Assembly: GCA_905178155.1 (NCBI GenBank)
Contig: CAJINV010000007.1
Coordinates: 3,738,265 to 3,802,264 of the forward strand
Direction of reading: 5' to 3'
Origin: Amoebophrya sp. A120
Lineage: Eukaryota; Protista; Dinoflagellata
Length of the DNA: 64,000 nucleotides
The notes under the pieces were generated by a model. The model saw nothing but the letters and a program-made list of their open reading frames with translations. It did not search any database and had not been told where the DNA came from. The position numbers were made by a program, and so were the translations under genes. This document shows positions 37,415 to 48,798 of the stretch, piece after piece. The stretch's first letter is position 1; each line of letters starts with the position of its first letter.

Positions 37415-40400
37415 ATGAGCATGACCTCCCGCCAATTGCAAAGGTACCCCTTGCGCGACGCGGTTGCCCGCGAAGCGCTCTGCCTCGATGGCAGCGTCCC
37501 GCAGTACTACTACCTCCAAGGGAACACCACTTCCCAAAACTCCAAGGTCGTCCTCTACTTCATGCACGGTGGTTTTTGCGGCCGAACTCTGCAGGAATGC
37601 GTCGAACTGTCCATGCCCTACTACTCCACAATCAGCCTGCCCCCGACCGTCGACGGCTACCACTTGCTCTCCCCGTTCGAGTCCGAAAACCCGCATTTCT
37701 ATGGCTACGAGAAAATCCTGATCGACTACTGCAGCGGGGACACCTACAGTTTGAACAGCAGCACGACGTACACACCGGCCTCACCGAGTTATAATGGGCA
37801 ACAAGGTGCACCTTCTAACACCGTTCCCGTCCACTTCCGCGGCGCGAATATTGTGAAGTGTTTCATCGAGGACCTCCGCGACGGCTTTCTCTTCAACCCT
37901 GCGAATAGTAGTTCGAGCCAAACGCCCCCACTCTCTCCCTCGCTCACCGACATTTTGATTTCCGGCTCGTCCGCGGGGGGACTGGGCGTCATGGGCCATG
38001 GCTGGCGGTTCCAGACCCTCTTTCCCACCGCGAATATTCGGGCGGTGATCGACAGCTCGCAATTCTTCTCCCTTGGCGGGGAAAAGCAAATGATGGACTT
38101 CCTCACCACCTACAACATCTCTGGCGGGACGGGCTGCGAGCTGGACCCTGCCGGGCCGCAGTGCTGCTTCTACGCACACTGCATGACGGCGCACCGAAGC
38201 GGGGGTTTAGCCGCGTACTACACAATTCCGACGCTTTGGGTGCAGAGCAAGTACGACTTCTACTCCACCGCGTCTGAAGTCACTTTCGCCGGACAAACCA
38301 GCGGGGACAGTAGTAGCAGTTCGAATTCAGCACATGGCGAAGAGGATAGTCCTGCAACATTGTCCGCCACGGGGCATTTGCTCCACTACATGGCAGTGGC
38401 GGGCAGAGTGGAGACGCTGAACAAGCAGCTGATCCACGCCCATCCTGGCTCCGCCGCGGTTCTGTCCACCTGCGCCGAGCACGTCTTGCTTGCCCCAACG
38501 ACGCTGAAGTTCAAGTTTTACCAGTACGATTATGCTGGGGATGAGTTGCTCGCGGGACAAGCCGATCCGGCGAGCGTTGTGCATGGGCCGGGGGTGTTCA
38601 GTGCGAAGAAGGTACTTGTTTCTACTTTCCCCGTATGCTATTTGCAACATATTACGGACAGGCAGATGAAAAAACTCGGGCGCCAAGATATTTGCTGCTT
38701 CTTTCCTACTTTGAGCAGGAGGACTCTAGTACCTTCTATTTCTGCAAATTTTATTTATCGCGTGGTCAAATAAATTACCCAAGGTAATCGAGCTTGGCCA
38801 AGTGACCAACCCAGTTTCCTCGTCCTCCGATATCTCACTCGCAGTGGAGATCAACGCGGGGTTACTGAGAAGAGCAAACCACATCAACAACAAACCTCTA
38901 ATGGACTACGTCTCCCAGTGGGCTGCTTCCGCCGACGGCGTTATTGAAAACGAGGAAAAGTTGACTCAGAGACCCGCCTTCGCCTTCAACAGTCTGGATG
39001 AACGCTGTGAATCCAAGCTGCAGATGAAATTTGTCGGTATGGGGAACGAGCAGAGTATTCTCCACACGATCGACGAGGAGGTCTTCCCGATTGTTTTACT
39101 CACCTCCATGGCGTTGATACTAATCGTCGCAGTTTATTTCTGGTTCCAGCGATTGCGGCTGAAATTACTGGCGACCGTGCACGTGAATGTCGCTGGGAAG
39201 ATGGGAGTGGGCAGTGGTGGAAAGAGTGCCTTTGACGAAGACGGAACAACCGGCCGCGCTGGTATAATTGCTGACGATGAGCAAGATCAATCCAAAGACG
39301 CTGAAGCGGCCGCTAACGCAGCGTTTGCGCTGCAGGTTTTGCAACAACGCAGACAACGAGTGGAGCAGGCAGCGGCGTCGGGGAAGACGAAGTGGGGAAT
39401 TTTTTTGCCATCGAAGAACAGAGAGAAGAACGTGAAGGAGACGAGCGGCTTCGAGATTTTGCTGTCGAAGGAATTCATTATCGGTGGATCTAATACTTCT
39501 GAAGCCGACTTTTCGCTGGTGTACGCGGGGGCGGGGAGTGGTATCGACGTTGGAACCTCCTCCAGCCTCTCTTCTTCCGGTGTGGACATCGACGCAGCTG
39601 CTGGGCTGGTGAGTCAGCCAGAGCAAATGTTGACACCGCTCAGGAAATTCCGGATTCACGTTCTGCGGGCACTGTTGAAGTACAAAATGGAGGTGCAAGA
39701 GAGGAAAGGAAAGAAAAGGACTTCGAAAACGAAATTCCAATTGTCGTCCTCCAAAGACAAAGCGGTCGACGCCCAAATGGTGAACATTACCATCTTGGAG
39801 GACGGCATCCGACGGCACAGCAAAGACCGAGCGGGATCAAAGGCGAGTAAGCGCAGCGGCGGTGATCGTGATGTTGGGAAGACTTTGCTGAAAGATGAAG
39901 GCGAAACGTTCGGCGCCGGTGTAGGACAAACCGAAAAAAGCAAGGAGCCAGCATCTGAAAAATCTGAAATCCAACGTAGTGAAGAGGATCATGAACAAGA
40001 AGCACTAGCCCCCGCCGTAGAACAAGTACAGTCCAGCTCTTTCATCGAGAACCTGCCCTGCATGATGCTCCAGAACGTCACTTACCAAATCGGGAAGTCC
40101 CACTTCCTCCTCGCAAACGTGAACTGCGTTTTCCGCTACGGTCGCATGATCGCTTTGATGGGCGGTCTCCGGGAAGTCCACTTTATGCAAACTAGCCTCC
40201 GACCGCCAATTTTCCGGGCACTACTCCGGGCTGATCACCTTAGACGGCATGCCGATGCACTTGATCCCCAATCGAACCGCGAAAATCGCGTATGTTAGGC
40301 AGTTCCCGACCTGCGGGCCGAGCGAGTGCACGGTGATCGAAGCTTTGCTACTGTACGCGTACAAGGCGGGGCTGGACATCGATTTGAGTCAGGTGAGGTT

Positions 40401-42664
40401 AAGTGAAGTGATCTTGGAACGGTTTTTGGACGGAAATAAGATGAAAAAGGGGGGAGCTGCGATGAACAAAGCAAAACTGAAAGAGATGCTGGCGAACTTG
40501 GAACGGAGATTTTCCTCGCTAGGGACGCCTGCGGCGTCTGAAAAACCGGGCGATGCTGCGTCAAGTGGCTCGCCGGATGAAGCCACAGATGCGGATGCGG
40601 TTTTGAAGATGAAAAAGAAATCCCAGGCCACTTCGAACCTGTTCGCGAAACTGCAGACCATTGTGAAGGATCTGAACATGGGTTGGTTTTTGCATCGACG
40701 AATTTCCGACTTGTCGGGCGGACAGAAAAAGCTGCTGTCCGTGGCGCAAGCGCTCATTTGCGAACCAGGAATTATCTTTCTGGACGAGCCGACTTCCGGT
40801 ACGTTTGTGTCGTTTTTTTTTTGTGCTAGAGCGTAGCAGTAGGCGGAGTCTGTTGATATTGTCATCGAGGATTTGATATAATGCGAAGTCACTAGTTCCA
40901 GTCTTGCTCTTGGACATAGACTGAGTGCCACTTCAAGTGTATGACGCAAAAACAAATCAATTCCTCATCGAAATCTCAGGTCTCGACGCAATGACGGCGG
41001 AAACCTTGATGCTGGCTTTGTCTAACGTCACCTGGAAGCAGAAGTGCTGCATGGTGATCGTGATTCACCAACCGTCCGCTTTGGTTTACAGTCTGTTCGA
41101 CGATCTCGTCCTGCTGTGCCGCGGAAAAGTAATCTACTCCGGGCCCCGGGAATTTGCCGACGAAGCGTTGGATGCGCTGGACTTGAAATTGAAGAAGAAA
41201 CACGGGGAGATGGTGGAAGATGAAACTGTCGGACAGGTGTTGAACAAGACAAACACAAACAGCGTCGAAAATAATGTAGAACAAAAAGGAGATGAGGTCC
41301 TCAACGCTGTTGACAAACCACTTGAAGCTCTTGCAGAAGAAGCTGACCACGCTCTGCCCACGACCTGCAACTCTGATTTGACGTTAGCGAAAGCCATGAA
41401 CATGTTTCAGGCGAAAAATCGAAAATGGGACATGCTCCGCCACGTGCTTTTCGTTCCCCGAGCCCCCTCCGCTGACAAATTCATCACGAACGAATTGAAA
41501 GAAATGATGGCGTGCGGTTCCGTTGTCCAAGATGGCGCCAGCACTGGTGTTGAAAACAGCAATGCCAAAAAGGTGATAAAACCGTCCTTCAAGCGCGCTA
41601 TCGACGGCGCAGACCCGGCCCCGGCGAAGTCGGCTCTGTTGTTGGAGCTTTTCGCCTACAACGAGCTCTACCTGTCCAACACTTTACCGCTCGTCGCTTT
41701 ACCGCTCGGCGCGGTCGTCGTCTGGGGCTTTCTGGAATTCTCGAGTGCGAAGCACGATGCGGCGAAGTGCATGCTGGAGGTGTACGTGGTCGGGTTTGCG
41801 GTGTTGAACATCCTACTGCCGAACGTCTTTGCGCATTTGAACTGTAACCAAGACGGGCTGCAAGACCGGATTTTCAAGTCCACCGACATGTTCTGGGTGG
41901 TCGCCTTCTTCTGCCAGCTGTGCTCGGTGGTGATCTCCTTGATCATGGGCAGTTTCTCGCTGTTCGCCTTCTTACTCCCGACGCAATCCATGACCAACTG
42001 CACGTGGTTTGAGCACGTGTTTGTCTGCTACCTGGTGAGCAGCTTCATTAGCCTGTTGGTGCAGCTGTTTCTCTACCAGGCGCGGGGACACGAGGACGCG
42101 AACAAAATGGCCTCGGTGTTCACGCAGTTAGCGGTCTTCACAGCGGCGCTGTCCCTGTTCTCCGGCTTCACGATAACGTTAGACGAAGCCTCCTGGCTCC
42201 GCCCCTTGATGTTTGTATCGCCGCCTTTCTGGGCGCAGAAGAAACTGGTGACAATGGGTTTTTTAGACGAAAGTTACAACTGCGAAAACGTCGACTGTTT
42301 GTTGAACTCCGGCAACGCGTGGATAGCGATGCTTTACGGCGGGCCGGAGGGTCAGGAGTGGACGTATTTGGTGCTGACGATGTTCTGTCTTGGGACGTTA
42401 GTCTTTTCGCGTTTCGTGTGGTACTTGAAGATGGGAACGCCGGCGGTGGTAGCGCTGGGAACGACGAAGAAAGGGAAAGGAACTGGATATGGATTCGCGG
42501 CTGCGGGTGCTACTAAGCAGGGTAGTGCTGCTGCCAGTTCTGGATCATCATCTTCGAAGGACGTCATCGCGTTGTTTCCCTTTGTGCAGACGAGCAGTTT
42601 TACCGGGTTATTGGAAAAGGTGAAAAAACAAGCGACGTTGGAGGAGGAGGGGGAGGAGGGGTGA
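37415..42664 (+). CDS. Notum/pectin-acetylesterase domain fused to an ABCG-type half transporter; exons 37415-38611, 38784-40798 (frameshift ~40167), 40980-42664; an upstream signal-peptide exon is possible
   Basis: Esterase motifs ALCLDGS, YFMHGGFC, NPHF, YCSGD, HFRG, SGSSAGGLG. One TM helix, then ABC motifs (IALMG / SGKST, LSGGQ, FLDEPTSG|LD, IHQPS..FDDLVLL..G..IYSGP) and a C-terminal multi-pass region. GT-AG introns 38612-38783 and 40799-40979 are phase-compatible. Confidence 0.8.
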
Positions 42665-43394
42665 CCCGTATTGAAAATGGTCTGACGGATCCAGAGATTG
42701 CCCATCTTGAAACTCCACCTATCTAAAATCTATACTTTATTTTCATGTCGACGCGATCCCTTGAGTTTATCTTTGCGATGGAAAAGTTTTATCCGTCGTT
42801 CTTTTTCTTGTAGGTGTTTCTTCCGTGGTGCAAAACTGCGAAAATTCAATCTACTCGCTAGCAGGCAAGAGCAAGCTGCAAAAGCTTCACAACGTAATTC
42901 CCAAAGTAACGTAGTCAGTTCAGTTTAGCTTTAGTACGATGCCCAAAGAAGATAGGGCAAGAAGTAAGAATCGTTTTGTTACTCTCAGTCAAAGTATTGC
43001 ATGCCTCCTACTTCATTGCGGAAAAATAAACGTGTCATCTTTGTTTCTTGTTTCATCTGGTGCCTCAGATTGACAATGTCACCGTGACTCGCGAGGGTTG
43101 AACGAATTCCATTTCCTTTGTTTCCATCACACGAAGAAGGCGGCAAAATATTATGCTTAACGCTCGAGCCTGAACCGCGCCAGGGGAATGCGACAGAATC
43201 TGTTCGCCATTTGAGCTGTTTCAGCTTTTTGATCAACTTCAGATGATTCTTCTAGCACGAGCACAACGCGTTATGATCATCGCTGAAGAAAAGATGTATT
43301 ATCTTGGTTTTGCAGATAGCCACCGATACCGCCCACGCTCCTAGCATTCGAGTTCGACGCCGTGCTATTACAACAACTCCGGCGCTCGTCACCT

Positions 43395-46099
43395 ATGTCC
43401 GGTTTGTTCACACCATGGCGTCCGTGCACCGTGATGATCCGCGGCCCCGAGTCAGGCAAATTTGTGGAAGCTTTGCCAGACGGGAATCTCGCGGCCGCCG
43501 CCTCTGCCGGCGGGACCGCTTTCTCCTTCGAAGACGGTCGCACGACGTATGGCGTTCTCAAACGTTACATTCTCAACTGTTCCATGAAATTTGTCATGCA
43601 AGAACGGCAAAAGTGAAAGGGAAAAGATTGGGCCTTTTGCATTACAGGTTTGGAGCAGATTATAATGCTATCTACCGCGTCGAGAAGTTGTCATGCGGAG
43701 AAGGCTTGATCGTGTGAAGAGCGATAGTGTTTTTGCATGACAAATCATGTAACAGTTGAGAATGTAACATTTGAGAACGCCATACGACGCTGACAGGCTC
43801 GGGCGTGGTGTTCGGTACGATTACTGCTACACAGCGACAGGCAGCAAACGTCGACCAAAAAGTGGCTGTTCAAGAATCGAGTGCCAGCGGGTCAGAATTT
43901 GTCCCGTCCACCGGCATTGCCCATTTTTCGCTGTTTCAGCCTTTCCTACGCAGTGTGGCTACGAATGGTGAGAGCCATGTGGACAAACCAGATGAGCAGC
44001 ATGATGCCCAGACCGATTTTGAGCATGTACTCTTGCCAGAAACGGAAGTATTTGTCAAAGTTCAACATCAAGAAGCAGCGGATGGTCGGAGCGAAAACTT
44101 GATCCAAAGCACAAACCAGTCTGCAGCATCTCAATTTCACATGGTGAAAGTTCGGCCGACGCGAATTTTGCACGCAGGGAATGCGCAACAAGAGTTTATG
44201 AGGCACGCAGGGCCTTGCAAAATGTCCCTTGATGGAACAAGTGGTGCTGCCATTGCTTCCGAAGGGAGTGAGGACGCCTGGCTTTCTGTGACGGAGCGCA
44301 CGCAGCTGGCGAAGGTTCCCGTGTGTTGCATTGCGGCGGCTAGTGGTCTTGGATCTCCGTTGACCAGCAACGCCGGTATTCGTGACGGCACCTTGTTCCA
44401 CCCAGCGTTTCTCTTCGTCGAGTTTGAGGCGAACAACAAACCAACAGAGGTTGGAGCGCCTGATGCGAATGTCGGAGATGAGCCGCCAGGTGCAAATCTT
44501 CTGGCAGCAGGAGGTGGCGGCACGGTTCTACATGAACATGATCGAAGCCATAACCAATACCGCCACACAGCAAGAAGCGTAATTCCCACGGGCAGCCAAG
44601 TTCTCCTGCAAGCCGGTGCGTATGGGCACACGAGCCTCTTTGCGAATTTGAAAATCCGGTCTTCCATCGCGAACAGGTCTGATTTCATGTACTTGCTGGA
44701 TGCAGTGACGCACGAGGGTATGGCGGGCGGGGCTGTGTCTGTTCGTCGAAGAACTAGCGGAGATGAGCAGCATGAGGATAGGCTAATTGGGCTGCTACTG
44801 CCTCCACTGAAAGTTGGAACGATCGCTGATGGGAGCGGGGCAGGAACTGCTGGGTCGCCTGGAACAAGTGATGCTTTTTCCTTGGCTGTGGCACTGACAA
44901 GTGCCGATGCTGGAGGTAATGGAGACAGGAGCTTGAGGAGCAAAATGAAACTGGAAGCCGTGATGACATGTAGCGGGAATGAGATGATGGAGACACTAAC
45001 CACAAGCACATTAGAGGTTCACAATCTTCAACCCGAGCGGTCATTGAAAACGACCGACCCTTTCTTCCGCCGCAGCGTGGCTCGACTCGTTCACCCAGAC
45101 CGTGGCACTTGGGGCACAGCGGTCGTTCTGACGACAAAACCAAGAGCTTTTTTCCTGACCTGTGCGCACGTTGCGCGCGACACGAGGTTCATGCGTGTGC
45201 AGCTGCCCCCGGCTCAGGGGATGGATTCGTATGTGAAACGCACAAGTGCCGAGGCCGACCTGCTACAGCGCCACACAGCATTCGTAACGATCCGCAAAGT
45301 CTGGGATGGATTCACGAGTGGCTCTGGGATGGACGCCGCATTGCTTGTTGTAGACAGCACTGCGCAACAAAAGCTGGTAGAGGAATGCTTCGAAGAGGTA
45401 CCCTGGGTGACTGATGAAACAAAAATGCCCCTGAGCAGAAAAGACGGCTCCGATAGAACAACGGAATGCGCCGCCGTCGGCTTTCCTGTCTTCGAGGACC
45501 AGAGCTTGTTCCAAAATTTTCAACCGACTGTCACCAAGGGCCTTGTGTCGTCAGTGAAGCTTGGAAACAAAACGGTTATGCTCCGAAGTACCGCCGCAGT
45601 GCATAACGGAAATTCCGGCGGAGCCTTGGTTTTGCCAGGAAGAGGACTGATAGGGCTGCTCGTCATGAACATTCAACGCGGAGGAGCACCAGCAATCCCT
45701 GATAGCTCAGCGGACGCGGAACAAGATGAACATGATGCGAGTGCATCACGAAAGAGCGAGGCAGAGGAAGGCAAAGACTCGTTATCGTCGCCGCAGTATT
45801 ACCCACACTTAAACTTCAGCATTCCCGTCTGGCAAAAGCTCTCGCCGATCTATCACTTTTGCAAGAATTTGAAAAAAAAACACCTGTTTGAGTTCACGTT
45901 TTTTAATAGAATTGAACCGATGACACAAATCGAAAAGCAGTTGTGGCTGCTTGACGAGAATGCTTCAGCGGGTTTGACACTAGAGGATGGACAATTGCAA
46001 ATGAAAGACGTTTCCAAACTAGAGCAGCGCGCTGCGTATGCTAGGACAGTTCTGAATATTTTCACGAATGAGAGCCGAGCGGCAAGGGCCAGACTGTAG
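43395..46099 (+). CDS. DEG15/TYSND1-like peroxisomal processing serine protease; exons 43395-43547, 43790-46099
   Basis: N-terminal VMIRGP..GRTT|LTGSGVV; trypsin-like LTCAHV, DAALL, TAAVHNGNSGGAL; PHLNFSIP; C-terminal PTS1 ARL. Confidence 0.85.
43548..43784. mobile_element. Family-C introner (237 bp), TSD CGACG
   Basis: About 33-bp near-perfect TIR TATGGCGTTCTCAAA(C/T)GTTACATTCTCAACTGTT; homologous throughout to 11383-11620. Confidence 0.95.
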
Positions 46100-46936
46100 C
46101 TGCTGAACAAAGCGCGCGCACTGTATTTTTTTATTCTTGTGTAACGTTGCGACAGCATGACAAGCCACAAAGCTGGCTTCGTGCTCTGGCTACAGCCTGT
46201 TCTGCTTGATTTTATAGACTACTTATCGCACGTTTCGTAGCTTCGTGGATTCATAGTCTTAGTCGTCATCGCCGGGTACTCGCGTGAAAAAATTATTTCC
46301 GATCAAGTAGAAGAATACACCTCGATCATCGTATGGTGTGAGTGTGACATCGACAGTTCCAGTCCGACACAGCCTCTCAAGAGGTTTCCTCGGAATCGGA
46401 CTCGGACAAGGCAGTTAGTTTGCTACTTGCCAGGGTCGTGCTTTTCTTTTCGTGATCGTGACGAGGTAAGTACTTCCTCTTGCCGGGAAAAAAGTTGTCT
46501 AGGCCAAGGCTCAATTGCCTTTTTTGACGAAAATAAATTGTGTTGAATGCATAAGCTGCATATGCAAACGCAACGCATGAATGATATCGCGTTCGACATT
46601 CTCCTGAAAGTCGTTCTCTTCGTGTTGACTTCATCCAAGGTGATCTGTATGGTCTTGTGTGTATACAACCTAATAAGCACACCGACGTGCTAAAAAGCGT
46701 GTGTGAAAGTAGACTTGAAAGAAAAAATTTGTCTCTCCAACAAGTCTCGCAGTCCAACAAAGTAAATCAAAATGTCGCGGCAAACGAGGCCAGCGTGTGT
46801 GAAGCGCGTAGAGCGCCCAGCAAGGGCACTCCTGCCAATCGCGATTTTGCCAACTCTGGATCATAATGGTATTTTTTTTTCGCGTTTCAGAATGCATACC
46901 ACCATCAAAGAATCAAGTTTTTACATATTTGTGTAG

Positions 46937-47708
46937 GTGTCTGAAGCGCTCAAGAAATGGTCGCGTTATTTCAATACAGTTTTTTACGCCTTCGCCTACA
47001 ACAAGCAGAAGAAGACGAAAGATGGAGGGAATTTGCGTGGATCGAAAAACGCGTTCTCCGAGCCCGAGCTGCACAGTGGGTTTGTGGCGGATTCTCGACG
47101 TGTATTGAAAGAAAATTCATACGTTGTTCAGTTTGCGCACCATTTCGTCAAAAGAAAGAGATGAAACTCTTCAGATAATTTGTTCTGTGATTTCTCTTCC
47201 TTCATAGTTTCACACTTTACGCTCAAGAAATATTAGAGCCACTTTTTTTTTATTTTTTATGCAGAAAATGAAAAGTAACTGTAACAAAAAGTCAGGAACA
47301 CATAAACAAATTAATATTACCCAAAAACAGACTCCGGGGTCAGTCTTGGAACTGGATGTTTCGAGGAGAACTGCAAATGAAGAAGCTGACCGCGCGGAGA
47401 AGACTGAGAACGAAGCGACGGAGGAGGAAAAGCGAGAGGTCAAGACCGCCGAGGGGACCAACGTCGGTGCCAGCAAGCAACAAACGGAGTTTGCGGTCGA
47501 GGCGTCCAGGTCAGAGTCGCGCAGCGAAAAGACATACCAGGGAAACAAGGAAAACAAAGATCATGCGCATGCCGGCGAAGGACAGAGCCAGACACAGGAG
47601 GTCAAGATGGACGAGAAACAAATGACGCAAAAAAAAAACGGAAAACAAAGAAGAACAAAACAAAAGCCCGGCCTATGGCCGGAAGAAGGGGTCCTAAACG
47701 GGCCCTAA
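46937..47708 (+). other. Possible exons or relic of a short K/E-rich gene
   Basis: Open stretches 46937-47164 and 47259-47708, each with an acceptor-like AG near its start. No domain and no convincing start codon. Confidence 0.25.
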
Positions 47709-48798
47709 AAACCTTTAAAAGCTATGACTTAAGTACTTACTACAAACATTTACCTTGACTACCAAAACAAATTAAAGATGTAACAAGCGATCGAAATGAA
47801 ATTGAAAAGCAAGGCGGCTTGTCTTCAGAGAAAGATCATATCACGGCGAAAAGCCTCAGGCTATCGTACAGATTTAATAGTTATGTAAAAAACTCATCCA
47901 CACCGACCCACCCCTTGACGAACGTTGTAATAAGATACGTACATCAATAAGGAGCAAGCGATTAAAACCGTGCATTCTACTTCACCTGAAGCGATATCTT
48001 GACAAAACGCGCATCTCACAAAATTCATCAATAAATGCGAATTTACTTCTCTTAGTGTGGGCCTCCGCTTCAACCAAGCTGCAGCTCCAACCAAGCTGCA
48101 TCTTCGACGAGAACGAGTTTTGCACACACGAACGGACCCCACTTTTAACTCTCTGCGCAATACCCCCGACAGGGTAGATGATGATGATGATTCGACTATC
48201 GCTGCGCCTCTATCTCGGGCTTGACTTTTGAACACAAAATTATGTACCTGTTTGTGAAGCATGGAAATGGATTTTGCAGTGCTATACATAGGAATATGAT
48301 ACGCCATGATCAGTAGTTGGTGAAAGTCAAGCCCTCCATTTCTTGTGTGTTTGCGTATCGATGGCGAGTTGACAAAAACGCATTGCACTTTCGGGTTTTT
48401 TCGTCGTATTGCGTTTGTATGTATTTATAAATGAGTGGCTTCTACTATTTGTCGGTCTTCTTCTCCTCCCGTGTGTACAAATTTTGTATTTGTACGGAGA
48501 TTTCACAAGCCGAAGCACCATGCGAGCTTGCTTTCGATGACCCCGTGCCCATCTCTGAGATATTCCCATACTCTAGCGAAAAGAGTGAAACATGGTCATG
48601 GGATTGCATATCTTATCAGTGCTGCGCCTGTGTCTGTGCGTCATTTGATTCTGGTGTGGTGACTGTGCGTTCTCCGCCCGTCCAGTGAATACAGGAACAG
48701 CACGCTCGTCAAGGGAATACAGCAACATCCAGTTCTTGTATATTACATTAAGCCTATTTTTGGTATCGCCGATCTTGTGATCTTCTTTTTCACATAAG

